Positions 18,701 to 28,501 of a stretch of 64,000 bases of DNA are shown here, one piece after another. A program made the translations under genes and the position numbers. Numbering within the stretch: position 1 is the stretch's first letter; every line of letters begins with the position of its first letter. The stretch lies in NCBI GenBank assembly GCA_963781885.1, contig CAWAHW010000007.1, positions 160,001-224,000 of the forward strand, written 5' to 3'. Source of the DNA: an uncultured Spirochaetota bacterium (lineage in GTDB: Bacteria > Spirochaetota > Spirochaetia > SZUA-6 > Fen-1364). Under the pieces are notes generated by a model, which was not told where the DNA came from, ran no database searches, and was given only the letters and a program-made list of their open reading frames with translations.

Positions 18701-21700
18701 CTACGGTTCTTCGTTCTCCGTCGACAGTTCCGCCTGCTTCAAGACAAGTTGCGTCGCATCTTCGGAAAGGTCAGGCGGGTAACCATACCGCGCCAGGAGT
18801 CGCCGCACCTGCCGACGCAGGTCTGCGCGAACCGATTCGCGCTGCGACCAATCCAGCTTGGGCAGTTTCTTCACCATCTCTGCCAGTTCGCGCGCCATCA
18901 GGCGCAACGTGTCATTCTCCATGACTTTGCGGGCCGACTCGTTGTCCGCAATAGCATCGTAGAACGCCGTCTCCTCGGTGCTGAGGCCAAGCTCCTGACC
19001 GCGGCTTTGCACCTCACGCACCCATTTTGCGAGATCCAGCAACCGCGTGATCATTTCCGCGGTAGTGATGGCCTTGTTCGTATAGCGCATCATTGCATCT
19101 TCAAGGGCCTCGCGGAACTTTCGGCTTTGGACCAGGTTGGTTCGCTCCGCGCTGCGAATCTGGTCCGTCAGCAATTTTCGTAATGTCTCCAGTGCCAGGT
19201 TCTTTTGTTCCAGCGCTGCCACGCGCGAAAGGAAGTCCTCTGAAAAAATGTCGAGCCGGGCGTCTTCAATACCCGCCGCCGCAAAGAGGTCGATTACCTC
19301 CCCCGCCTTCACGGCTCCGCCGACAATTTGCCGGACCGCGGCGTCGATGTCTGCGTTCGCCCTCACAGGGGCGCCCGATTCGCGGTTGTCCGCAAGCCGC
19401 TTGCGAATCATTGCCTGGACGCGCTGAAAGAATGCCAGGTGCGGCGTGATGATTTCCGCTTCAGGGTGCGGCACGACGAGGGCAAAGGCAATCGATAGTT
19501 CCTTGACCATCGATTGGAAGCGCGCCCATCCATCACTCTGCTTGAAAACGTGATCCGCGGCGTCCGCGTAGACTCCCAATACCTTGGCAGGCGCTGCATT
19601 GAGGGCCTGGCTGTAGTGGAATTCGTGGAAGAACGAGCGCAACTTCTCGAATGCGGCGTTCATCACCGGCACCGCGTGGTCCTGGACGCTTTGCACAGCG
19701 TCGCCTCGTCCGCCTGCCTGTGTATACGTTGCGAGGGCGTCGGCTAGTTGGTCCGCCAGGCCGAGCATATCCACAATAAGCCCGCCCGGCTTTTCGCCAT
19801 ACACCCGGTTCACGCGGGCGATGGCTTGCATCAGGCTGTGTCCGGCCAGCGCCTTGTCCAAATACATCGTATGCATCGGGGGGCAATCGAAACCAGTGAG
19901 CCACATGTCGCAGACGATCACGAGCCGAAATTCGCTTTCCGGGTCCTTGTACCGAAGAGCCAGCGCCTTGCGCGCAGCCTTGCTACGAACGTGTTGGAGA
20001 ATCGGCTCCTCGTCGTTTGGGCCGCCGGTGATCACCACCTTCATCACTCCTTTGTCGTCGTCCGAGTGGTGCCACTCTGGTCTTATCCTGCGGATCTCCT
20101 CGTAAAGTCGCGCGGCGATGTCGCGGCTCATCGTCACGACCATCGCCTTGCCTTCCATTGCGGTACGCCGTTTCTCCCAATGCTCCACGACAAAGGCAGC
20201 GGCGCGTTCTATCCTCTCGGGGGCACCAACCAACGCTTCAAGCGGGATGCGCACCGCGTCATCCAGGTCCTCGCCCGAGCTTGACGCCTTGGCCGCCGCG
20301 TGAAGCTCGGCCTCCGCGGCGACAGCCCCCGCTTCGTTCACCGTCAGCTTGATGATCCGAGATTCATAATAGATCGGAACGGTCGCGCCATCGTCCACCG
20401 ATTGTCGGATGTCGTAGATGTCGGCGTATTGCCCGAATACCCGGGGTGTGCTTTTGTCATCGCGATCGAGCGGCGTTCCGGTGAAACCTACGAAGGTGGC
20501 GTTTGGCAGCGCCTCGCGCATCCAGCGGGCACCGCCTTCTCTGAAACCGTACTGGCTGCGGTGCGCTTCATCGGCCATCACTACGATGTTTGCCCGTTCA
20601 CTGATTGTCCCTTGCTCTTCCGCGAATTTGTAGATAGTCGTGAAGATTACTCCGCCTGAAGCGCGGTCCAGCAAGGCCTGGAGATCCTCTCTGCTTTCCG
20701 CCTGCACAGGGTCTTGCCCTAGGAGTGCCCGTCCTCCCGCGAAAGTGCCGAAGAGTTGGTCGTCCAGGTCGTTGCGGTCCGTCACCATAACGATAGTCGG
20801 ATTGGCCAGCGACGGTTCGCGTATCAGTGCCCCCGCGAGCATCAACATCGTGAGAGACTTGCCGGATCCCTGCGTATGCCACACCACCCCGCCTTTCCCG
20901 GCCTGTGTTGTGATGTTCGCACCGGCAGGGGGCTTCAGGGCCGCCAAAACTTTCGACCGGGTCTGACGCACAGCGCGGAACTGGTGATAGCCTGCCACCT
21001 TTTTCACGATGTTCCCGCGCTCATCTTCGTCGAATACGACGCATGACCGCAGGTAGTCGAGCAGCGCGACCGGTTCAAACAGGCCATGCACGAGAGCCTC
21101 CAGCGTCGGCTCACCTCCTGTCGCCGGACGCCAGGGCATGAAGCGTTGCCTCCCACTCGTGATCGAGCCAACCCGCGTCAAGAAGCCATCACTTGCAACG
21201 AGGATCATGTTCGCGACGAACAAGTCCGGCGCATTTCGCGTGTACCGTCCCAATTGATCGATTGCCCTCGCCAAGTCGGCCGCCTGGTCTGTCGGGTCCT
21301 TCAGCTCGATCACAGCCAGCGGCAGGCCGTTCAGGTACACGATCAGATCCGGCCGAATAACCTTGCCATCTGCGGCAGGCACCGTCAGTTGACGAACTAC
21401 GAGGAAATCGTTATTGGCCGGGTTGTCAAAATCCACCAAGCGCGCCTTTCCGCCACGGTTCTCGCCCGTCGCGGCATTGCGGTATTCGACATCAACGCCA
21501 TTTGTCATCAAGCCGTGCATCCAGCGGTTGTTCTCAATCAGCGTTGGATGCGGCGGACGCTGAACTAAACGCACCACTTGTTCAATGGTGTCAGGTGACA
21601 AGTATGGGCTAATACGGCGCATAGACTCCGCCAATCGGTGATGTATGAGAAGGTTCATGTGCGGTTCATTACCGTGGGTTGCTTGCCGGATTTCCACGCC

Positions 21701-21781
21701 ATACTCGACGGCGTAGCCGACCGCCTCAAACCAAGCTGCTCCGGATTCCTCTATCAAATACTCTGTTGGAGCAGTATTCAT
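18701..21781 (-). CDS. hsdR: Type I restriction enzyme R subunit
   Basis: Nuclease motif RPD..YLNGLPLAVIELK, WHTQGSGKS, DEAHRSQY, GFTGTP, MWLTGFD, QAIARVNR. Intact, 1026 aa. Confidence 0.95.
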   Translation of the reverse strand: MNTAPTEYLIEESGAAWFEAVGYAVEYGVEIRQATHGNEPHMNLLIHHRLAESMRRISPYLSPDTIEQVVRLVQRPPHPTLIENNRWMHGLMTNGVDVEYRNAATGENRGGKARLVDFDNPANNDFLVVRQLTVPAADGKVIRPDLIVYLNGLPLAVIELKDPTDQAADLARAIDQLGRYTRNAPDLFVANMILVASDGFLTRVGSITSGRQRFMPWRPATGGEPTLEALVHGLFEPVALLDYLRSCVVFDEDERGNIVKKVAGYHQFRAVRQTRSKVLAALKPPAGANITTQAGKGGVVWHTQGSGKSLTMLMLAGALIREPSLANPTIVMVTDRNDLDDQLFGTFAGGRALLGQDPVQAESREDLQALLDRASGGVIFTTIYKFAEEQGTISERANIVVMADEAHRSQYGFREGGARWMREALPNATFVGFTGTPLDRDDKSTPRVFGQYADIYDIRQSVDDGATVPIYYESRIIKLTVNEAGAVAAEAELHAAAKASSSGEDLDDAVRIPLEALVGAPERIERAAAFVVEHWEKRRTAMEGKAMVVTMSRDIAARLYEEIRRIRPEWHHSDDDKGVMKVVITGGPNDEEPILQHVRSKAARKALALRYKDPESEFRLVIVCDMWLTGFDCPPMHTMYLDKALAGHSLMQAIARVNRVYGEKPGGLIVDMLGLADQLADALATYTQAGGRGDAVQSVQDHAVPVMNAAFEKLRSFFHEFHYSQALNAAPAKVLGVYADAADHVFKQSDGWARFQSMVKELSIAFALVVPHPEAEIITPHLAFFQRVQAMIRKRLADNRESGAPVRANADIDAAVRQIVGGAVKAGEVIDLFAAAGIEDARLDIFSEDFLSRVAALEQKNLALETLRKLLTDQIRSAERTNLVQSRKFREALEDAMMRYTNKAITTAEMITRLLDLAKWVREVQSRGQELGLSTEETAFYDAIADNESARKVMENDTLRLMARELAEMVKKLPKLDWSQRESVRADLRRQVRRLLARYGYPPDLSEDATQLVLKQAELSTENEEP

Positions 21782-21990
21782 GGCGTGGCTCCTGCTTGAT
21801 TTGCCTTCTCAATTGTTGCCAACTCGATAGCAGTCTCCCGATAGAGTTCAGGGTCAATAGCATGCAAAACTTCGCTGCTGTGCCGCGCTTTTCCACATAC
21901 CTCGACCATTCCGAATTGGGTGTCTATCAAGCGGTCTTCTTCAATACTTCGAACTGGTCGCGGAGAGGGAGTTCGCTCCGCAAGATTCAT
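21778..21990 (-). CDS. Small ORF or 3' remnant of a deleted gene, coupled to hsdR
   Basis: 70-aa ORF whose TGA overlaps the hsdR ATG (ATGA). No family recognised. Confidence 0.4.
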   Translation of the reverse strand: MNLAERTPSPRPVRSIEEDRLIDTQFGMVEVCGKARHSSEVLHAIDPELYRETAIELATIEKANQAGATP

Positions 21991-22002
21991 GCGCGGATCC
22001 TT

Positions 22003-22200
22003 TCAGCGCATCGACTCGACGCAAAGCGCTTCCTGGCGGGACTCAAAGGCATCCGAAATATACTTGAGGAAGAGCAGACCAAGGACAACGTGCTTGTATT
22101 CGGCGGCATCCACCGTGCCGCGCAACGTGTCCGCGGCAGCCCAAAGCTTGTCTTCGAATCCTATGCCTGTCTCATCCGTTTCCGGTTTGGCCACGATCAC
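22003..22200 (-). pseudogene. hsdM: Truncated type I methyltransferase M subunit (N-terminal ~55 aa only)
   Basis: [39 protein letters not shown] is the HsdM N-terminus. GGAGG RBS; stops after 65 aa. Confidence 0.9.
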
Positions 22201-22304
22201 TCCTCCGAGCTGTTGACAGAGAAATCTCTTTTTCAGTGAAGGTCAAGGAATTTGATGTGCATAGTATAGCAGAGTCGGCTAACAATCGAGCGGCTGGTGT
22301 CCTA

Positions 22305-22667
22305 TTATGCCCGTTCTTTGATGCGCTCATGCGGGATCAGAATCATGCTGCGCGCGAGAAGCAGCTCGCCATGCAGATTTACTGGAACCTGTCGTCGGTC
22401 GGCCATGACCTGCAATTCTTCCCGGGAGAGAAAGAAAAGGCGTTTCGGTGGATCAAGCTCACGCCCAACTGGGAGCGGGATGCAGCCGCGGGCTTCGAGC
22501 CCATCCGCGTCGGCTTCACTTACGATCCACACCTCCGCCGCATCCACAAGGACCCGGCGGAAGCGATGCCAGACTCCATTGCTGAAAGCTCGCTGCCGAT
22601 ACTCCCAGGCCCGAATCAGCGATCGTTCACGCACACGGCGCGCGCGCGCATGCAGCTTCTCATTCAT
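22305..22667 (-). CDS. Hypothetical 120-aa basic protein, partner of the upstream nucleotidyltransferase
   Basis: ATG 22667 overlaps the upstream gene's end by 8 nt. Protein-like sequence MNEKLHARARRVRERSLIRAWEYRQR... Confidence 0.65.
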   Translation of the reverse strand: MNEKLHARARRVRERSLIRAWEYRQRAFSNGVWHRFRRVLVDAAEVWIVSEADADGLEARGCIPLPVGRELDPPKRLFFLSREELQVMADRRQVPVNLHGELLLARSMILIPHERIKERA

Positions 22668-23373
22668 GGATCGGTCCCGCCTTTTCAAGCCGCGCGAGCA
22701 GCTCGGCGACCAGGAGCCGATGAAGGGTCGGATCTGGCATGTTTTGCCGGGGCTCCAGGAGCGAAAGTGTGCTGAGGGCCGAGCGCGCAGAATAGCGGAG
22801 CTCGGGCGAGAGTCCGTGGTAAAGTTTTTCAACCTCGTCGAGATCGCCTGCCCCGGAGACAAGCAGGAGAGCGAGCGCGACCAGCAGGTCGCGGTCGCCT
22901 TTCTCGCCACTCCTGTCGGTGAGAAGCTTTTCCAGCAGCAGGCCAGCCGGGCGTGGCAAAGGAACGGGAATATCGTCAATTGTAAGCGTTTTTCCTGGCT
23001 GAAGCATGGAGAGATGACCGAACACCAGGAGAGGCAGCTCATCATCCTCGAACACGTACGTCTCACCCGCGCGCGTCCTGTCCGCATCCAATCCAATAAA
23101 GTTCACCTCGATAAGATCCGTTCTTTCGGGCAGCCAGACCGAGGGCTCTTCTTTGGAACGTGCAAGTCCTCGAATCTCATGGAGCCGCGCCTTGACGGCA
23201 GCGTGACGATTGACGGGAATCGCGATATCAACGTCCTGGGAGACAACGAGAGAGGATCGCGCGTCAGGCTCCAGCAGATTCGGCACTTCAGAACCCGCGA
23301 TCAAAACTCCCGATTCTCGTAGGATGGGTGCGACTGCACGAAGCGTTCGCAGAAGACGTGTTCTGAAATCCAT
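22660..23373 (-). CDS. DNA polymerase beta-superfamily nucleotidyltransferase (AbiEii/GSU2403-like)
   Basis: LIAGS...SQDVDIA, then P.P..LLLEKL...R..EK..RDL. AAGGA RBS with TATACT just upstream. Confidence 0.7.
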   Translation of the reverse strand: MDFRTRLLRTLRAVAPILRESGVLIAGSEVPNLLEPDARSSLVVSQDVDIAIPVNRHAAVKARLHEIRGLARSKEEPSVWLPERTDLIEVNFIGLDADRTRAGETYVFEDDELPLLVFGHLSMLQPGKTLTIDDIPVPLPRPAGLLLEKLLTDRSGEKGDRDLLVALALLLVSGAGDLDEVEKLYHGLSPELRYSARSALSTLSLLEPRQNMPDPTLHRLLVAELLARLEKAGPIHE

Positions 23374-23422
23374 TCTTTCCTTGGAGTATACGCTCCGTGG
23401 GTGCGCGGCGCAACGGCCTCCC

Positions 23423-24628
23423 TCACTCCCGCGCGCCAGCATCCGCCACTGCGTCTGTGCGCAGCATGTGGGCCGGCACGAGCGCGCGGCCGAAAATCGC
23501 CAGCACGATGATGCCCAAGAGCGGGATGACCGCGTAGCTTGCGAAAAGCGTCGTGAACCCGCGCGCCTCCACGATGAATCCACCCGCCACGCTTGCGAGG
23601 AAGGTTGCCAGACCCACCCCCACGGCGTTGTAGATTGCCATGCCCATGCCCCGGTTTTCTTTTCCCACCTTTGCGTTTATATAGGCCACGGCGGTCGTAT
23701 GGAATGTCCCGAATGTGAAGGCATGCAGGAGCTGCGCCAGCGCCACCACCACGATGGACGGGGCGATGACGAACACGCCGAGGCGCAGCGTAATGGCGGC
23801 CAGGGAAACGATGAGCAGCGTCCGAATCCCAAAGCGCCGCAGGAGCGGACCCGAAAACCAAATCGTCGTGATCTCCGCAAGCGGTCCGATCGCCCAGAGG
23901 AGGCTTACGCCCGACGTCGGGAACGCCGCCTTCAGGTAGAGCGAGAAAAAGGAATAATAGGCACCGAGCGCGAAACGCCCGATGAAGATGACGCCGATCA
24001 CGGCCCAGAACGCGAGGTCGAATCCGGTCCGCCGCGCGCGGGGCGTCGGTTTTGTCGTCATCTGCGCGCCCGTGTCGGCGCGGGACGCGGCGGGCAGCGT
24101 CGCGGATGCGAGGCCGGCGCAGAGACACGAGGCGCCGAAGGCCGCGAGGATGGAAAGTGATGAGTCCCCCGTCACGAGGCCGCCCAGCTGGAGGACGAGG
24201 GAGATGATGATGAAACCGAGGCTCCCGGCCACGCGCAGCCTGCCGTATTGCCGCGCCGGATCGGTGAGCACGCGGCTTACGATGGAATCCAGGAGCGGTA
24301 TCGTCGCGCGATAGGTGAAGCCCATGACGATCACGCACGCGACGTAGAGGGGAAAGAAAGAGGAGAGCTGGAGGGGGATCATCACCGCGGCGGGAACGAG
24401 AAAGCTCGCCGCGAGGATGGCGCGGGAGATGCCGCGCCGATCCGCCCATGCGCCCAGGAGCAGGGGGCCTGCCACGCCGGCGAGCTCGAATATCCCCAGG
24501 AGCAGGCCGATGCGGGACGGGGACAGGCCCCGCGCGCTCAGGTAGAGCTGGAAAAAGGGCGACAGAATGGCATAGGTGATGAAGAGGAAGAAATAGTTCG
24601 CGAACGCCGAGGCGGTGACGCGCCGCAG
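23423..24628 (-). CDS. MFS transporter (MFS_1-like, nucleoside/PPP type); start approximate
   Basis: About 12 TM segments, G.WADR.G, YGRLR..GSLGF, QLLHAFTFG.FH. Confidence 0.88.
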   Translation of the reverse strand: MRRVTASAFANYFFLFITYAILSPFFQLYLSARGLSPSRIGLLLGIFELAGVAGPLLLGAWADRRGISRAILAASFLVPAAVMIPLQLSSFFPLYVACVIVMGFTYRATIPLLDSIVSRVLTDPARQYGRLRVAGSLGFIIISLVLQLGGLVTGDSSLSILAAFGASCLCAGLASATLPAASRADTGAQMTTKPTPRARRTGFDLAFWAVIGVIFIGRFALGAYYSFFSLYLKAAFPTSGVSLLWAIGPLAEITTIWFSGPLLRRFGIRTLLIVSLAAITLRLGVFVIAPSIVVVALAQLLHAFTFGTFHTTAVAYINAKVGKENRGMGMAIYNAVGVGLATFLASVAGGFIVEARGFTTLFASYAVIPLLGIIVLAIFGRALVPAHMLRTDAVADAGARE

Positions 24629-24638
24629 AAGAGCTTCC

Positions 24639-25607
24639 CTACCGCGCGGCTTTCGAAAGCTCGTCGATGCGGGAAAGCTCCTTGTCGGTGAGCGCGAACG
24701 CCATCGCACCGGCGCTCTGCTCCGCCTGCGCCTTTTTCGTCGCGCCGGGGATGGCGACGATGGTCTCCCCATGGAAGCTCGTCTCCCAGCAGAGGGCGAC
24801 CTGCGCGACGCTCGCGCCATGCGCGCGCCCTATTGCGCGCATCTCGTCGATGAGGGGTGCGCTTTTCGCCCGGCGCGCCGCGGAAAAACCGTTCATCATG
24901 CGCCGCATGGTGGATACCTTTGCCGCCGATGCGGGGTCCTCGTGGAAGCGGCCCGTGAGCACCCCCTGCGCGAGCGGCGACCACGCGATGATCGTCACGC
25001 CCAGCTTCTTGGCGCTCTGTAGTACTCCGTTGCGCTCGATGCTCCTGTCCAGGAGATTGAAACGCATCTGGTTGGAGGCAAGGACGATGCCTTCCGCAGC
25101 AAGGGCGGCATGCGCGAGTGACATACGGCGCGCGGAGAAATTGCTCACCCCCACGGCGCGTATCTTTCCTGCCTTGAGGATCCGCGCCATCGCCTTCATC
25201 TGCGCGGCGGTGGTGGAGACGCTGAAAGGCTGGTGCACCTGGTAGAGGTCGATGGGGAAGGGGCTCAGGCAGGAGAGGCGCGTGTCGATGGTCGTCTCGA
25301 TGGACCGGGCGCTCCGGGGGAAGGGCCACCACTTTGTGGCGACAACCACCTGGCCGGGCCGCATCCCCGCGGCCGTGAGGGCCTTTGCGAGCGTCTGCTC
25401 CGAGGTGCCGCGGCCGTAGAGCTCCGCCGTATCGAACCAGGAGATGCCCCCCTTGAGCGCCGTGTCCACGATGCCGTTGATTGTCTCCTGGTCCACAGCA
25501 TCCCAGACTGCCGACATCCCTTTCGAGCCCTGGGAGAACTGCCAGCACCCCAGTCCGATCGGGGTGATCTCGATATCCGTTTTTCCAAGCCTGCGCTTTT
25601 TCGTCAT
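24639..25607 (-). CDS. Aldo/keto reductase
   Basis: IGLGCWQ, FDTAELYG.G.SE, ATK, DLYQVH, GVSNF, WSPLAQG, IPGA. Confidence 0.95.
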   Translation of the reverse strand: MTKKRRLGKTDIEITPIGLGCWQFSQGSKGMSAVWDAVDQETINGIVDTALKGGISWFDTAELYGRGTSEQTLAKALTAAGMRPGQVVVATKWWPFPRSARSIETTIDTRLSCLSPFPIDLYQVHQPFSVSTTAAQMKAMARILKAGKIRAVGVSNFSARRMSLAHAALAAEGIVLASNQMRFNLLDRSIERNGVLQSAKKLGVTIIAWSPLAQGVLTGRFHEDPASAAKVSTMRRMMNGFSAARRAKSAPLIDEMRAIGRAHGASVAQVALCWETSFHGETIVAIPGATKKAQAEQSAGAMAFALTDKELSRIDELSKAAR

Positions 25608-25616
25608 ATGCCCTCC

Positions 25617-26594
25617 TTAGTCAAGGATACAGGCAGAAAAGTGTCCCGGCGACACCTCGCGCAAAGGAGGCCGCGCCTCCTTGCAGCGTGCAATGGCGAA
25701 GGGGCAGCGGGGATGGAAGTGGCAGCCGGCGGGGGGGTCGATGGCGCTGGGGATCTCACCCTTGGGCAGGTTCTTTTCCCGCCGCGCGCGCGGGTCCGGT
25801 ACCGGTACCGCGGCCAGCAGCGCTTTCGTGTAGGGATGGTGTGCCCGGGAAAAAAGCTCGTCGCGCGTCGCAAGCTCCACGATGCGCCCCAGGTACATCA
25901 CCGCCACCCGGTCGCAGAGGTACTTCGCCGTGGCAAGATCGTGCGTGATGAAAAGGTACGTGAGCCCCATGTCGTCTTTCAGCTGGCGCATGAGCTGGAG
26001 GATGAGGGCCCGCACGGACACGTCCGCCATGGCGATGGGCTCGTCGGCCACGAGGAAATCGGGCCGCGTCACCAGCGCCCGCGCGATCACGACGCGTTGG
26101 CTCTGGCCGCCGGAGAGCTGGTGCGGGTACTTGCGGTAGAGGAAGGCGGCGGGGGTGAGCCCGACCTTCTCCATCAGATCCAGGACCTTGTCGCGCCGGT
26201 CGCGTCCCGCGCCGATGTGGTGGATGGAAAGCGGATGCTCGATGGCCTGACCGACGCTCATGCGCGGGCTCAGGGAGGAGTTGGGGTCCTGGAAGACGAT
26301 CTGCGCGCGCGCCCGGTGATCGGAAAGCTCCCGGGGGGAGAACGTGATGATGTCGCGGCCGCGGTATTCCACGCGCCCCGTTGTCGGCTCGATGAGACGC
26401 AGGAGGAGCCGCCCCGTCGTGGACTTACCCGAGCCGCTTTCGCCGGCGAGTCCCAGGACCTCCCCCTCCTCGATGGAGAAGCTCACGTCGTCCACCGCGT
26501 GCACGCTCTTGCGCCGCCGGGAAAAGGCGTCGAAGATCGTCCCGCGCAGCGGAAAGTTTTTCACCAGGTTGCGCGCAGAGACCAGCGTTGCCAT
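25617..26594 (-). CDS. Peptide ABC transporter ATP-binding protein (DppF/OppF-like)
   Basis: GESGSGKST, LSGGQSQR, ADEP, HPYT, GCHFHPRCP. Confidence 0.93.
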   Translation of the reverse strand: MATLVSARNLVKNFPLRGTIFDAFSRRRKSVHAVDDVSFSIEEGEVLGLAGESGSGKSTTGRLLLRLIEPTTGRVEYRGRDIITFSPRELSDHRARAQIVFQDPNSSLSPRMSVGQAIEHPLSIHHIGAGRDRRDKVLDLMEKVGLTPAAFLYRKYPHQLSGGQSQRVVIARALVTRPDFLVADEPIAMADVSVRALILQLMRQLKDDMGLTYLFITHDLATAKYLCDRVAVMYLGRIVELATRDELFSRAHHPYTKALLAAVPVPDPRARREKNLPKGEIPSAIDPPAGCHFHPRCPFAIARCKEARPPLREVSPGHFSACILD

Positions 26595-27583
26595 CAGCTC
26601 TCCCTTTTCCCGTACAGCCAGCAGGCGGCAATATGCGCGGGCGCGTGCTCCTGCAAGGGGGGCGCCTTTTCCCGGCAGATCGGCATCACCTTCGGGCAGC
26701 GCGGCGCAAAGCGGCAGCCTGTCGGAGGGGCGACGAGATCCGGCGGGCTGCCCGGCATCGTCACGAGCTCCTTCTGCTCCACGCGGATGTTCGGCACGCA
26801 GTTGATGAGCCCCTGCGTGTAGGGGTGCAGCGGGTGATCGAATATCTCCTGCGCGCTTGCGATCTCCATGATCCTGCCCGCATACATGACGGCGATCCGG
26901 TCCGCGATCTCCGCGACCAGACCCAGGTTGTGCGTGATGAGGACGATGGAGAGCTTGTACAGCCGGCGCAGCTCCAGGAGCAGCTCGGTGAAACCCGCCT
27001 CCACGATGACGTCGAGGGACGTCGTGGGCTCGTCGGCGATGAGGATGTCGGGGTTCATGATAAGGGCCAGCCCGATCATGATCCTCTGCCGCATGCCGCC
27101 GGAGAGCTGGTGGGGGTATTCCTTCAGCCGCTTCTTCTCGATGCCCAGCACGGCGAGTATCGTCTGGACCGCAGCGAGTGATTTCTCCTTCGTCATCGAG
27201 GAATCGTGAAAGTGGATCGTCTCCATGAAGTGTTTTTCCACGGTGAAGAGGGGATTCAACGAGGTGAGCGGGTTCTGGAAGATCATGGAGATGCTGCGGC
27301 CCCGCATGCCCAGGAGCGACCTTTCGCTCATGGAAAGGATGTCGGTGCCGCGGTACATGATCTTCCCGGCCGTGACCCGGCCGGGGGGACGCTGGAGCTT
27401 CAGGATGGAAAGGCCAAGGGTGGACTTCCCGCATCCCGATTCGCCCACCAGCCCGAGCGCTTCGCCGTCGTCGAGAGTGAAGGAGACGTCGTCCACCGCG
27501 CGGACTACGCCGATGGAGATGGGGTACGCGATGGAAAGGTGCTGGACGTCGAGGATGGTCTTCTGTGCGTCGTCTGCCATCAT
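26594..27583 (-). CDS. Peptide ABC transporter ATP-binding protein (DppD/OppD-like)
   Basis: GESGCGKST, YPHQLSGGMRQR, ADEPTT, GCRFAPRCP. Confidence 0.93.
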   Translation of the reverse strand: MMADDAQKTILDVQHLSIAYPISIGVVRAVDDVSFTLDDGEALGLVGESGCGKSTLGLSILKLQRPPGRVTAGKIMYRGTDILSMSERSLLGMRGRSISMIFQNPLTSLNPLFTVEKHFMETIHFHDSSMTKEKSLAAVQTILAVLGIEKKRLKEYPHQLSGGMRQRIMIGLALIMNPDILIADEPTTSLDVIVEAGFTELLLELRRLYKLSIVLITHNLGLVAEIADRIAVMYAGRIMEIASAQEIFDHPLHPYTQGLINCVPNIRVEQKELVTMPGSPPDLVAPPTGCRFAPRCPKVMPICREKAPPLQEHAPAHIAACWLYGKRES

Positions 27584-28500
27584 CTCTCCAGGAGACGCGG
27601 GTTGAGGATCTCCGCGAGCCCCTCGCCGAGCATCGTGAACCCGAGCGCGAGCAGCATGATCATGAGGCCGGGGAAGGTGATCATCCACCAGACGCCGGAG
27701 GGCAGGAACTTTTTTCCCATGGAAAGGTCCATGCCCCAGTCCGGAATGCCCGCGGGCAGTCCCAATCCGATGTAGGAAAGGGCCGCCTCCGTCATGATGG
27801 CGTCCGCAATGTTCAGGGAGAGAATCACGACCACCGTGGCGATCACGTTCGGGAATATGTAGCGGCCGAGGATGGTGTTGCGCCGCGCCCCGATTGCCCG
27901 CGCCGCCTCCACGTACACCTCCTCCTTGATGGAGAGGGTCTGACCGCGCACGAGACGGAAATAGGTCGGGATGTAGACCACGGCCACCGCCAGGGTGATG
28001 TTGATGACGCCCGGTCCGAGCATGGCGGCGAACGCGATGGCAAGGATGAGGCCGGGGAACGAATAGACCGAATCCATGATGAGCGACAGCACCCGGTCAA
28101 AGATGCCGCCGATAAAACCCGAGAGCAGCCCCAGGGGGATGCCGATGATCGCCGAAAGGAGCGCCGCGGCGATTGCCACGCCGAGGATGGTCTGCGCGCC
28201 GTAGACGACGCGTGCCCAGACATCACGGCTCAGGTTGTCCGTGCCCATGATGTGCTGGGCGCTCGGAGCCGTCATCTGGCCCCCGGCATTCTGGTCGAGT
28301 GGGCTGTAGTGCGCGAAGAGGTGCGGGAAAAGTGTCATCGCCACGATGAGCGCGATGACCAGAAGGCCCGCGATCATGATCCACCACTCGGAGCGGTAGG
28401 TCTTCCGCGAGCGGCCGAACCATCGGAAGAAGGTCGCGATCCACCCGGCCGGGGAAAAGCGGGCGGGTTCGATGGGCGGGCGTTCCGACGGCGTGCTCAT
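27580..28500 (-). CDS. Peptide ABC transporter permease (DppC-like)
   Basis: H.MGTD.L.RD, EAARAIGA (EAA loop), EAALSYIGLG. Confidence 0.93.
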   Translation of the reverse strand: MSTPSERPPIEPARFSPAGWIATFFRWFGRSRKTYRSEWWIMIAGLLVIALIVAMTLFPHLFAHYSPLDQNAGGQMTAPSAQHIMGTDNLSRDVWARVVYGAQTILGVAIAAALLSAIIGIPLGLLSGFIGGIFDRVLSLIMDSVYSFPGLILAIAFAAMLGPGVINITLAVAVVYIPTYFRLVRGQTLSIKEEVYVEAARAIGARRNTILGRYIFPNVIATVVVILSLNIADAIMTEAALSYIGLGLPAGIPDWGMDLSMGKKFLPSGVWWMITFPGLMIMLLALGFTMLGEGLAEILNPRLLER

Positions 28501-28501
28501 G

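Noticed and set aside
12916-23422. att sites or IS ends bounding the island
   Set aside because: No direct or inverted terminal repeats, tRNA, integrase or transposase could be found by eye.
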